Positions 50,971-63,529 of a stretch of DNA of 64,000 nt are shown here, one piece after another (the stretch's first letter is position 1; the number at the start of each line of letters is the position of its first letter). Location of the stretch: contig MU054323.1 in NCBI GenBank assembly GCA_013239625.1, forward strand, positions 15,008,029 through 15,072,028, given 5' to 3'. A program made the translations under genes and the position numbers. A model generated the notes under the pieces. It was not told the DNA's origin. It was given only the letters and a program-made list of their open reading frames with translations, and ran no database searches. The stretch comes from Lama guanicoe. Taxonomy: Eukaryota.

Positions 50971-52122
50971 TGTAGTAAGGCCTGTCGGACTGCATAAATC
51001 CCAAGATCAGTGTCCTTTTTTCCTTATAATGCTCGCCCAAGAGACAATGAAAATCCACAGAATGAGGACCCTTAACATACAGCTTGTGGTCTCTAAATAT
51101 CACTTTATATTAACAGAGACTAGAGGTCCTAAGAGAAATGGCTGATTTCACGTCTGGCGCAGGAAATGAATAAGATGAACCTTGACTGTCTTGTGCCAGA
51201 AAGCAAGAAAGCTATCAAAGACTAAATAACTCATGCCGAAGAGTCAGAAGAGCCAAACTAACAGAGCTTTCACTGGCTTAGGATAGAGTAAATAAATGAC
51301 CAAAAAAAAAGAAAGTAAAAATTAACTACAATGGATTGTAACACATCAAATATATAAAAACCTATGGATTCATGATGATTTTTAAGAAGTGAAAGTCATT
51401 GTTTGCCGCAATGGACCAAATCAATATTCTGCAAATTAACAAATAAAGGAAAAATATCAAATATGTATCCTGCTTTTCCTCTAAAATTTTATTTCAGGGT
51501 TACCAAATATTTGATAAGGGTAAGTTCTTTTCCACAGAATGCCTGATAAAAGTACAGGAGAAGTGATAAAATGAGAAAATCACCATTTTTGAATTTCAAT
51601 TTTATTAATAATGGATCTAAGCAATATTCATCAGAGGATTCAAAAACCTAATGATGTGACAGGAAATAATCAGCACCACCTGGTGAATTAGGAAATAATC
51701 AGCACCACCTAGGTATATTTTGAATAAAAATACTGAAGTTAAATCAAGTCTTAAGAAAAAAAATCACTTATAAAAAATAGGAAGGTAGAGAGTGATTTTT
51801 TAAAAGCCCTCTTCGGTAAAGATCATCAGCCAGATTCATAATGTGGGGCATTCTACAGGATAAATGACCCAGTTTCTGCAAAAAAAAAAAAAATCATAAA
51901 CAGAAAAGAAGGAAAAGGAATATTAGTGAATAAAAGAGAATTAAAAGGCTTAACTATCAAATGTGAAGTGAGGCTCCTGTTTGTATCCTGAGTTAAACCA
52001 ATTGTTAGATAATTTTGAGACAATTAGGGAAACCTGAAAATGGCTTGTGTGTTAGTACTAAGAAACGGTTGCTGACTTTTTCAGGAATATCATGATGGGT
52101 ATATTAAAAATTCATTGTCCAT

Positions 52123-52256
52123 GGAGGGTAGGTATAACTCAGTTGTAGAGTGCATGCCTAGCATGCATGAGGTCCTGGGTTCAACCCCCAGTACCTCCAT
52201 TAAAAATAAATAAGTAATCCTAATTACCTCTCCCACCCCTCCCCTCCCCCCACCCC
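52123..52256 (+). mobile_element. tRNA-derived SINE (Vic-1-like), full head
   Basis: A-box-like 'taactcagttgtagag', B-box 'ggttcaaccc'. TSD aaaattcattg at 52107-52117 and 52257-52267. Confidence 0.9.
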
Positions 52257-52307
52257 AAAATTCATTGGCAGTGAAGCACACTGAATGATTCGGGGAGGGG
52301 AAATAAC

Positions 52308-52682
52308 AGTTGGGTCACAACTTGGGGAGTTTCCCAGGTGAAGCCCTGGACACCAAGGGCAAGAAGAGACCAAAAAAAAAAAAAAAAAGAGAGAGGCACG
52401 CGACTCCAGATTGGAGGGTGGCGGTTTTAACACGCAAGGGAACTTACATACGAGGATTGTCTTGGGCTACCTCAAGATGAGTAGGTCTCCGTACCCACCA
52501 GCAGAATCTTAACAGTTTAGATTGAGGCCTTAAGTGGGTTTAGTCAGGTATTTGGTCCGCCTGGTGTAAGCACGGTGGGCAGCGCATACATTCCAGGCGA
52601 AGAGCAGGCACAGGAGCCTCCAATTGAGCCTCCAGCTCGCCAGCAACAAGTGGTCGCATCTTTTCAATGCCCTCTCTCAACA
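52308..52682. mobile_element. Probable solo LTR (375 bp) with 5-bp TSD
   Basis: ATAAC at 52303-52307 and 52683-52687. Inverted termini (a)gttgg...ctcaaca. GC/CpG-richer than the flanking L1. Confidence 0.7.
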
Positions 52683-53299
52683 ATAACACAATGGCTAGCC
52701 TAGCATGCTTTAAAATACTCCTGAAAAATTAAAAATGAGTAGATCGGGGAGAAAAGATTCAAAACCGGCAAAATGTTGGTTACTATGGATGTTGGTTCAT
52801 TACGTTACTTTCTATGCTTTTGTGTATGTCATTCTCTATAAGATACTTATTTAAAAGAAGACCTTAACGGGAGGCACATAGTCGAAGTTGTTGCTCTGAG
52901 TTCCACTTTGATAATTACGTTAGGCAGGTTTACATTGACGAAATCCAAGGTGGTCTTCAAGGCAGCGTAATTCTTCAGCCGCTCAGGACAGGAACCTAGA
53001 TGCGGTCCTTAACTCCTCTCCTTTTTTCATACCACACGGTGTCTCCCCCGACATACCTTCCTGGCTCTGCCTTTGACATAAATCCTGAATCTGACTTCTC
53101 TCTGCATGCACTGCATGTTTGTTTGTCACCCGCAAACTCTACTAACAATTCCCGGGGAATGAAAATTTAACCTAGGTAATAAATAAAGTCTAACCTTTTT
53201 TTCCCTTTGTGCTCAGTCTAGTTTCACTTGCTCACAGGGTGCCGCATGCAGAAGCCTGGCACAAGCACCTCAGACCGGAGTTCCTAGTGAGAAATGGCT

Positions 53300-53690
53300 T
53301 CAGGCTTCCCGGGGCTCTTCAGCTCAGCAGGCTGAGAGCACAAACGCTACCCATTAAACCTCAACACAAGATGGTGGCAGCCGCTCATGCGCGGAGACTC
53401 AGCGCCCACCTGGAGCTACAAGAAGAGGCGGAGTTCTCGCGAGCCCCGGGGCACTGTGATAAGAGGCAGAGTTCTCGAGAGTGCGCTGCCCGGGACCAGC
53501 GAGAACTCCGCCTCCTCCCGAGAGCCACATAGAGCAGCCCCGCCCCTGGCGCTTCCAGGAGAGATTGCGCTCAGGTGCGGCAGCTCGCGGCTCTCCATTC
53601 TCCGGTCACAGACTAGAACTTTCCTCTGCTCTGAACTCAGCGCTTCTGGACTAGTGCAGTACAGAAGCTGTCAGAAAGAGTGGGTAAGTA
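53300..53690. promoter_or_regulatory. Small CpG-island promoter
   Basis: The only CpG-dense segment in the window. GC box CCCCGCCCC at 53538-53546, TCTCGCGAG (BANP-type CGCG motif) at 53435-53443, YY1-like AAGATGGTGGC at 53368-53378, and a downstream 5' splice site. Confidence 0.8.
53540..53683 (+). other. Putative non-coding first exon of an unidentified + strand transcript
   Basis: Consensus donor TGG|GTAAGT at 53683/53684 at the 3' edge of the CpG island. The start position is a guess. No ATG in 53540-53683. Confidence 0.5.
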
Positions 53691-54199
53691 AATCAGGGAA
53701 TGAAATGGTTTACTTTCATTTTGAAAATCGCTTTAAAACCAATTCTCTGACATTCATTCCCGATCAAGACGGTGCATAAAGTTGGATTGCTGTGAGGCTC
53801 CTAGAGCTACATACCTGGAACCTGAGGAGAAAGTTAACTTGGCTTGACACCTTCAGAGAGTGTGAGTTTTTAAACTCCATCTTGCAGATAATGTATCCTT
53901 CAGCTTTAAAAAATTATTTTTAAAAGCCAAATAAGTAATCACGTATTTAAAGAGCTTTTGTCCTTCTATTTTACCTTCTTTAGGAGTTGCATTATTTGCA
54001 ACATTTTGATAGGAGTCGGATATTTCCCCATACATTTTCTATACATTCCTTTCATTCAGAATTAACAGTCACGGAGTATTTGAAAAAAAATTCATTCTGT
54101 TGGCTCAAACAGCACAGAGCAGAGGGACCCTTGTTGAGGCCCAAATTTTTCCGAGTTATACTGTCCTCTGAATTACCGCAGAAGAGTTCTAACTGGTAT

Positions 54200-54830
54200 G
54201 CCTGCTTCTGTCTTTTTGCTCTTTTGGTTTATTCTCAACAGCGCAGCCGGAGGGGTCCTCTTAAAGCCCAGGTCAGATCCTTCCTTTGCTCTCCTCACCT
54301 CTGCCTCTGCCTCTGCCTCTGCCATGGCATCTCCTCACTTAGATTAAAAGGAAAGTCCTTTCAGTCTACGGGGTTCTCTGTGCTCTGGGCCACCATTATC
54401 TCCTGTTACCCTCCTCTTCACTCACTCCATTCCATTCAGACTGGCCCCCTTATTATCTCTTGAACATAACAGCATGCTCCAGCCTCAGGGCCTTTGCACT
54501 TGGTGTTCCCTCTTCCAGGCATACACTTCCCCCACACTATCTGTATAGCTTGTTCTCTCACTTTCTCTAGGTCTTTGTTCAAATGTCATTTTCCCATAAT
54601 TCCTTTCTCAAAATTAAATTATCTAGCTTTCCCTATTCTTCTTCAATGCCTTTTTCATTTCTCTCACAATCATCAAACACATATATGTTGAATTTATCTA
54701 TATTATATATTTCTGTGTCCTCTATTTCTCAGGAGGGATTTATGACTGTTATGTTTACTACTAGAACCTTAGTGCTCAGAAGAGCACATAGTAAGAATTC
54801 AAAAATTATTTATTTAATAAATAAATTAAG
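54200..54830 (+). mobile_element. LINE-2 3' part
   Basis: 'cagcctcagggcctttgcacttggtgttccctcttccagg', ending 'gcacatagtaagaattcaaaaattatttatttaataaataaat'. Confidence 0.85.
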
Positions 54831-57329
54831 CTACTATTCCAGTAGCATTTTTCATGGCCCTAGAGGTTCATTATCCTCCTAAGTGCATCACCTTGACTAG
54901 TTCTAACTGTCAGGGGGGAAAACTCACTTTTTTGTTAACTCGTTTTTTCAAAAACATATTTATTGAATTCTTTCTATGAATTAGGAACTGAAAATACAAT
55001 AATTAAAAAGATAAATATGTTATGCACTCTCCTACAGTCATCCACCCAGTTCTTAGGGAAGGAAGGACACTTCATTGTCATCCTATGTTTACTCTATATA
55101 GATATCCAGTTATTCCAGACCCTAGGGCAAACCTTCATAGAACAGAGTTATAGGAGTACCATGAGACATGGATCCCCTCTGGACTTGGGCAGCCTTTGGC
55201 GTCAGTGCGGGGCTGGTTGAGGTTCCAAAGCCAATTGTCTCTGGTCATTAGATTGCTCTTCTGGGGCCCCTCCAAGAGCAGCCCTACAGGATGGGCAGGT
55301 ATGACAGTATTCCCCATGGTCTCAAGTTGCTGTCTGCAACCAGCACAGACTGTTAATGCCCTGATGCTCTTGTGTGGAGCCAAGGAATACTGGACAAAAG
55401 AGACAAAAGCCACACAGAATAACAACCCAACCTACAGCTAACTGGGGGAACTCCTCATGAGTACAGATCTGTGCAGTGGCTGATAGATGAAGCCTTCATA
55501 CAATCCAGATACCTCTGGCTGTTTGTGACATTCTAGTGATGTCCAGACTAACATAGGGTGGCTACTTTAACAATGTATGCACATTCTGCAAATGAGACCT
55601 CCATCATGATTTTTAACATACTTAGACTTGAGATCATTGTTCACTAACACAGAAACTTTAACAGTGTATTTGTTAACAAAAGAAAAGAAATACTGGTTGT
55701 ATTCTTTAAATCTAATTTCAACTTTTATAAATTTTTGAATTGCTGTAACGATGGTTTTATATTTTTTATTACCTGTTTGAGGGAATAAAGTTTCTTGTTG
55801 ATGATGACTATCAAAAACTTGAAGGTATCATTTAAAGTCTTAATCAGAAATTGTTTGTTGTCATTTTAAGTATAAAAGTCTAATAAAAATGATAGTTATG
55901 TTCCCTGAAGCAAGCTCAATATTCTCATTTGAAATTTCAAGATTTTACATGGATGTATTCTTCCAATTAAAGATCTAATATTTTTTCTAACATTTTGCTT
56001 TATAAAGAAATGTAATTATTTTCATCACCATGCCTTATATAGTTACTCCCAGAATTTCTGATTTACCCCAGGAGATATTATCATGTGCTTTGACATAAAA
56101 AAAAAAAAGGTTGGTAAGTACTTCACTTGGGAAACTTGTATGCCATGGGTGAATCCATTGACCTCTTACCTGCAGACGTTTTCAGACAGCCAAGATTTCC
56201 CAATGGCGTTTCAAACCTCATTATCTCATGGTTTGATTCCTGTGCAGACAGAGACAAGCACTGGTGACAGGAATAGCCTCCCTGTGCTATCACTCAATTT
56301 CTTTAGTCCCTTAGAATAAGATCAATAAAGCTTTATTCTCTTGAAGGAAAAATTATACTATTGTCTTGGAATGTCACTAAAGACAGTATGTGAGTTCAAT
56401 AAGAGGATGTCTTGATGGTGCAGATTTCGAGTCTAAGTTAGAATAACTGCTTTAGGGTCTATAAGTGAGCCAAAATTATTCCAATCAATACCAGAATGAC
56501 ATGTGCCACATTTATTACAGTATGTAAGCTTAGGCCATAGGAAGAGAGTTATGGTTAAAATTGCCATGGCCATATTTTATATTTTGAATATCTTTTAGGC
56601 TCATTTACCTATTTTTCTAAAGAACTTAGAAATTTAGCACCTCAGGGTTACCCTTATTAATAATGAATTTGACTGAGTATCAGTATATAATAAAGCTAAG
56701 TTGCCTCAGCATGATGAGAGAGCTGTGCAATTTACTGCCTACAAGATGACAGTTGTTTTCCCACTTGTGTGTATTTCTTTTTTATTCAGCAATGGAAGGA
56801 CCTAGTGTAACCATAAGTGAGGCTTTATCTTTTGCATATCTATCGTCACTCTGGCTTATTCAAATCAGGGATCTGTGCGTGGCATAAAATGACCAGGGCT
56901 CTGTTCCCATTGCCTTGTAGCCCCCCCTCCAAAATAAAGTAAGGCTTTATCTCTAAGGAAAAAACTCTAATAACTGTTTATTGATCTGAATCAATAAAAT
57001 AAAAGATATTAAAAGGTCTTCTATTTATAGCACTCAGCAGTGGTACCTTAAGAAGAGCACAAGGTTTTATTGATGTTGAATCTTTGGTCAGACATGAGGA
57101 ACAGGTGTGAACAGTAGATAGGCTGTAACTCTATGATCTAACAGAGCCTTAGCTAAAAGGCTGTTCTCGCAGATGCATGGTCTCCATGCAAATCAAATAC
57201 TGTGGTTTTATTTTTAAAAATTCTTTCCTGCTGCAGAAATTCATTGAGAAGTTGAGTTTTTAGAGAGACTGTTGAGTGCTTCAATCTGGAAGGCAGAAGA
57301 CCTTAGATTGTATATAGTATACTTATAAT

Positions 57330-57532
57330 GATACTGATGCTAGCTGTTGTGTCTGGGTAGGGGAAGGCACTCTGTTAAATGCCTCACATACATTCTCATT
57401 TAATCCTCAGAATCCTTTTACTACTGGAACCGCATCTTACTGATGAGGAAAATAAGGCTTAGCAGCTGACCCAGCATCTGAACCACATGTGTCTGACTCA
57501 AAATGCCATGCTCTAACCCCTTGGCTCACTGC
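57330..57532 (-). mobile_element. MIR SINE
   Basis: 'ttctcatttaatcctcag...tgatgaggaaaataaggctt...gtctgactcaaa'. Confidence 0.75.
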
Positions 57533-60500
57533 CTCTTAACAAACATGCATTGAAGTCCCTACATTTTACACATCAGATCTAGAAAAGTTTTTCCAGTCTA
57601 TGACAGCTGTTTACATTCTTTCAACATTTTTGCAAAAAAAAAAAAAAGTATCATTTTTGGTGCTTAAAAGGCTTGAATAAATAATTAAATTGCAAAATCA
57701 TTTTTTACCTTTTGGAAACCTACATGCTAATATTTAGAGCCAATCTTAAGACAATGAGGATTTGGGTATTTTAATATATATTTGAAAAATGATTAAACAC
57801 TTATCACTGTGATTGTAACCACTAGGAGACAAGAGGATACCCACAGCCAGACAGGTCAAGAATGAGTTTTCCAGGTCACTGGCTCTGCCCAGAACTGCCG
57901 TGGTGAATCACGTTCCACACGGCCTCTCATGCTGAGCTAGCATCTATGTAGATCAAAGCTGTGGCCAGAATGGCTAATTCATGCGCTAAACCCAAATGTC
58001 AAGATTTGTTAAATACGTATTCCTTTAGAAAAACTATCTATCCGAACCCACTGGAAGAAAAGTGAGAGAACAAATTGTCTATGTTTGGATTTAGGTGTTT
58101 TAATTTACTGCTGTGAGGAGCAGCCAAACAATAAAAGCAATGGCACAGTGATAGCCTACCTGGGGAAAGAGCGGAGGTCTATTCTTGAAAGTCTTCCAGA
58201 AGAAGCATGTAAAGAAGTGAGTGACATTAATAAATTTTCTAGTGGTATATGCTACAGAGGCTCATAAGGGAACCCTCCAGTCTTCCCTAACCACTTTAAA
58301 TATGAATACATGATTTAATTAATATATCAGTAGTTTAGTGATATAAAGGCTGTCAATATATCAACCCAGCTATTCATTCTTAATCTCTCTGCTTCTTTTC
58401 CCCACCCTTCTTTTTCCTTCTCTTCACTTCTGTTGAAGAATATCTCATGACTACCAAAGTGTAATAACCCCCACCACTACCACCAGGGCATATACACTTT
58501 CTTTTTTCTTAAGAGTGGAATACTAAGGAGCCTTATAAATCCAAAGACAAAAATCTGCCTCTCTCCCTCTTTGTCTCTTTTCTTCACCCCCAGGTCCACC
58601 CAACCAACAACAAGAGTGACTTGCATTTATGGTAGCAACAGTGTCATTCTTCACTCATCTTACAGTCCCATAAAAATTAGTAGCATTTGGACAGTCATAG
58701 CATGACAATGTGGAAATCCTGCTATCATTTCTCCCAGCTTTTACTCACATAAGGAAAGGAGAAAAAAAAAGGCAAACATTAAGTAAAATGATGCTTATAC
58801 TATGATACACACAGTGTCACTTTAAAGTGCCACAACATATTACTTGGGTTAACGTGAAACTCTCATACGAAATTTGTGTGGTTGTCATTCTTCACCTTCC
58901 ACATCCTTCCCACAGTCAGTGGCTTCCATGTACTCTGGTAGACAAAGCCCACATAATTACACTTGAAATGTTCAAAGACACAGAAACTGGTAATTAGCTA
59001 CAATCTTTGATTTTCCTGAAACCTAGAAGTTCAGTGAGGAAAAACTCAAATCCTATATCCTTCTGTTAAGCTGAAGCCTTATACAGACACGGCTGATGGA
59101 ACAGGATAAGCATGCAAGGTTATGGCAGAAAAGAACAGAAGGCCCCCAGAAAAAAATCATCACAAGCTGTGAATGAGTGAGAAAGACAGGACTTCACAAG
59201 AGTGCTTGGACATTGGAAAGAACTAGTTAGGTGTTCACATGGAACTCTTTCTAAAATAGATTTATATAAAGCTGATGTTTGAAACAATGAATTCACTGAT
59301 GTTTGAATGCAGTTTCAGTTACCTTGATGTGCTTTCGCTTTGAAAACCCTTCCAGGCCTCTCTGGACTTTGGAACTCATGGATGTTTTTCCCTTAACTTA
59401 AGTAATAACACAGGGGCTTTTATTGATTAATTAATTAATTGATATCTACTTTTTATAGGTGTTGGACAAGGAGTTAAATTAACCTATCAATCTCTTATTT
59501 TATTAAGGAATCCATCTCTCTCATTGTTTACCCATTGGCTCTCTCACCCCATATTTAAAGAGGAAAAAATGAAATGACCTGTGTAGTTATACTTGAAACT
59601 CTGTTCTTCCTAGGGGTATGATATGAAGGCATGTGGCACAAAGCAAGTGATGTACTGAGGACATTGTAAGCACATGGAAGTAGAGTACAAAATCACTGAG
59701 TGGATTATTACCATATTATCCTAACTTTGAGTCAATTTCCTAAATTCCTGTTGGATCTTCGTAAATTTTCTCCAGGCATGTAAACTATTCCCCAGGTGCA
59801 AATTAAACACTTTCAAGGCTACATTCGCTTTCTTAGGCTTCTGTGGAAATAAATTCATTAAAGTGGACTTCTCCACTAAACTGAATGTACTTTCTTTAAG
59901 TGCTCTTAAAATAAGGGAAAGATGACTTTTTAAAAGTGTGTTGATTTGGCAGCCACTCTGGATCCATTTATGGAAAGAATAACCTGAGGGCTACTTATCT
60001 GCTGAATATCTCATTCTGGCTCCAGATTTCTGAGCAATAGTCATATGTCTAGAGAAGGCAATCCTGGGTAAGGAATTTTAAGAAGAATTTGATGGCATAG
60101 AGCATGATGATGCTTACCTATCTCTGTCTCTTTTCTTATGTAACATAGTAACAATGGAGTGATGCCTGGACAGGGCAAAAAAGAAGCTGAAAAATAGGGA
60201 CACAGAGTATTTATGAGGGAGTTAGTGAAATATTTGGAAACAAGGCTATTGTGGGCTTCCAGATTAGCTGCGAACCCACCAATGGATAGGTCGGTCTAGC
60301 AAAATATTAAACCCAGTTTAGGAGAGTGAATACACTGTCTTCCTCTAATTCTAAATATATCTCCTCTGCAAACAAATTTTAAAAAGAGAAGAGAACAGGT
60401 CATACAAGATCTTGAAAAGAAAGCGAAGACAGTAATAAAGAAGATGGTAAGCAGAGCTTCACTGTACGTGAAGAAAGGCACTTGGAGGCCACTGGCTGTT

Positions 60501-60929
60501 GAAATAGGGCTACAGAGCTTTCAACATGAACCTGGAAGTAAATGGATGGAATAAAAAAGGGAAATGTGAACATTGTTAAAGGGAGGCTTGGAAAGAAATA
60601 TGAGGACTTTCAGGTCCAATAGTAATTGCACGTAAAAGCTACCAAAGTCCTGGCCTTGCATCCAACTTTCTTTCAAAGTAAACTTTGCAGACCTAGGCGT
60701 GCAGGCAGTACTAGAAACTTAGAGTAAGATTGGACTTGGGACAAAATTTAGGAAGATTTGCTGCAAACTTTAGTAGAAATATAAATAGGCCAAAAAAGAA
60801 AAAAGAAAGAGGACATTGCAAGTTGACATAGGATTGCCTCCTGAGTTAAAGCTCTATGCCTCAGAAATAAGTGGGTCTTAGAAAATCAAGACAATGTTCA
60901 AAATCTAACCAATAAAAGCACCTTGCAAT

Positions 60930-61400
60930 ATAACTATCTACTTCGACTCAGAAAGTCTCCTTACAGGATTAGCTACTAAGGACACATTTTTAAATGTAAA
61001 AAATATTTGATACACATACATATTTACCAGAGGATTATCTGTAATTGTGAAATCCAAATATCCAACTATAGGCAGACAGTTAAATGAATGAGATTTTTTT
61101 GAAGACCTGAAAATGAAATTTACCCATCCAAGGCAATAACATTTAAAAAAATTATTACATTTAAAATGTGGGTTCAAATATGTAGATATATTTTAATCAG
61201 TATTGTGAAAAAATCCTAAGCCTAAAAGAACAAAACATTTTAATGGAAAGTCACAAAAAAGTCCAAATTCTTGCATTTGTGTGGGTAGCATGATGCTGAC
61301 ATCATTCTCCTCTTCCCCTTCCTCCTCTGATTTCTCATCTTCTATTTTATAATTTCTAAGTTTTATTTAGTAAGCTTGTATCATTTTTTTAAATGATTAA
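60930..61400 (+). mobile_element. Old L1 (L1ME-like) 3' fragment
   Basis: 'atccaaatatccaactataggcagacagttaaatgaat'. Confidence 0.5.
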
Positions 61401-61461
61401 AAACAGTCAGGTGGAGGTAAAATCCCACCTGAACTTATTCTTACAGGAAATAGATCATCTA

Positions 61462-61608
61462 AGATGGTTCTCAACTAGAACATGCATCAGAATTATCTAA
61501 TGTCCATGATTCTGAGTTCTGGGGAGGACTGAAATTTTTGCATTTTTCACATGTTCCCAGGTGATACCGATGCTGCTAACATAGGGACCTCACTTTGAGA
61601 ACCACTGT
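61462..61608. mobile_element. hAT-Charlie MITE (MER5A-like)
   Basis: TIR-like 'tggttctcaa...ttgagaacca' and 'ttcccaggtgataccgatgctgct'. Confidence 0.85.
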
Positions 61609-62841
61609 TCTAATAGAAATGCTAACTTTCATTCCTCATGATTCTCACGATTTTACCCATCTATCCAGTCATTTCACCAGGCTCTGTTTGTGGGGTACAG
61701 GGTAGTGAAATTGATGGCAATAATATGACAATATTTTGCCCTTGGTTTTTATTCAGGGTCAAAGTAAATATGACACTTTTTCTTGGAAAAGGCAATGGAG
61801 GATATTATTTGTGGGTTCCAAGTTGCTTTTAAAATGCTCGTGTTGTAAAAGCTGTCACAGAACAAATTTAATCTACTTTTTTCATTATTTTTCTTTAGTA
61901 GACAATAGGAATAGATTTTTAACTATGAATTTATATCTCTGCCTTATTTTGGATTTAAGATGGTTTCCAAAAATATAAGACATGTGACAGAAAAATAGTT
62001 GCAAATAAATAGGTGAGGAAATTAGCACATAACTCAGACAACATAACCCTAACCCCTTACCTTGGGAAGGTATGCGTTTACCCTTGCACGAGTTTCCCCC
62101 AGGCTTGGTTTTCTGTATGTTTTTTCAGTATTAATTTCCTCTTATACTGGGATAGCAGCTTTGAGAATTTTCTTGCAGCTGTATCTTCCTTTCTACTTTA
62201 AATCCCCAAATAGCTACAACAAATTATAGGACTCTACTTGCATTCCTATTCATTACATAATTAATCTTTGACTAAATATCAACAAACACAAGGTTATGTT
62301 CAACTAGAAACACAGCTGAAGTTAATATTTAAGGACTAGTATATTTAAGTCTACTGTCTCAAATATAGTTTTAAACATTTGTTTGAATATCTCAACAAAG
62401 CCGTGAGAAACAAAAGCTTCAAGAATATGAAAACCTCTCGAATTCGAGATCAAATAAAAGTGCTACAGGCATTGTAATGAACTTCACTCAACATATCAAA
62501 TTTAACCAGCTGAAAATGTTTGTTTTTTGTTTGTAAGTGGCATTCTATTCAACTTTAAGAAATGAGGGTCCTATCTTACAATGGAAAGGCAGCATATTGT
62601 CCCATAGATGGAACAAAATGTCCTTGACTCACTTATCCCTCGGGAGAACACTGCCTTTTGGTACCAGCTACTTAGCATATATATCTAGTCATTTCACTTT
62701 AGGGCTTAAAAGTCTAGAGGCTTCCTTTTGTTCTGCATAAAGAGTAATGTTGCTCCTATTTCCAATATACTGGCTTCTGCTTAGCTAAACTCTGGCAATA
62801 CTGGTTTCCTGCTCCGTAAAGATACCCTAGGAGCACAAAAA

Positions 62842-62891
62842 AGAAGAAGAAGAAGAAGAAGAAGAAGAAGAAGAAGAAGAAGAAGAAGAAG
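62842..62891 (+). repeat. (GAA)n trinucleotide microsatellite, about 16 units
   Basis: Read directly; perfect. Confidence 0.97.
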
Positions 62892-63529
62892 CAACTTTAA
62901 AATAAGTGATTGAAGTAATTAAACACATTAGAAAAGAAAAACACTGTGATCCAAGAATAGGTAGGTCAGCCCCAAGTTCAAGTGAGACTCGGGGTACTGC
63001 AGATACCTGCTTCTTGCCGATTTGGGGAACGTATGCTTACAACTCAAATAACACACTAAAATAGGAATTGGCAAAAATCAGTGAAACAATAGAAGCCTAT
63101 TTAAGGGAGAAGTTTTTATGCTTTGTTTTTTAAACAGCAAACTATATGATTGGCATTTGCTTACTTAATAAAGCTGTTAAGGATAAAGTTTTCAAGGTTG
63201 ACACATGATCAATTCAAATCAGTAATTCAAAATTCAGATGAAAACTTGTCAGTGATATTGATATGGTTCCGAGTTGTTTGGAATCAATGTAACCTCAGAA
63301 TGAAGTGTTGATGGAAATTATTTTTAAGAAGTACTTATTAGGTTCCTCCTGGGTACAGAGTCTTGAATAAGACCCGGAGAGACAGATAAATTATAAACAT
63401 CTCTGATAAATATTGTACACAAGGATAAACTGACAGAACTGCAACATGGAAAGAATTCAATGTGTTTGTATTCTTCTTTTTTTAAGGGAAACGTTATGAC
63501 ATAATTGCTTCAGAGTTTGCCCACTTGGG

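Larger units (their letters stand above)
50975..52860 (+). mobile_element. L1MC-like 3' UTR, interrupted by a SINE and an LTR
   Basis: 'agaaatggctgatttc...aagatgaaccttgactgtcttgtgccagaaagcaagaaag' and 'ggggcattctacaggataaatgacccagtttc'. Confidence 0.75.

Noticed and set aside
52123..52200. tRNA gene
   Set aside because: The tRNA-like head continues into a SINE body, tail and TSD and recurs in the window, so it is a SINE.
53209..53779. ORFs of 107 and 130 aa across the CpG island
   Set aside because: Stop-poor GC-rich sequence explains them and I recognise no protein. The 130-aa ORF runs through the splice donor into intron-like sequence.
53987..54463. Longest ORF (158 aa)
   Set aside because: Non-ATG start, and more than half lies in an L2 fossil.
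61405..61435. Small hairpin TCAGGTGG...CCACCTGA
   Set aside because: An 8-bp stem is expected by chance in 64 kb.
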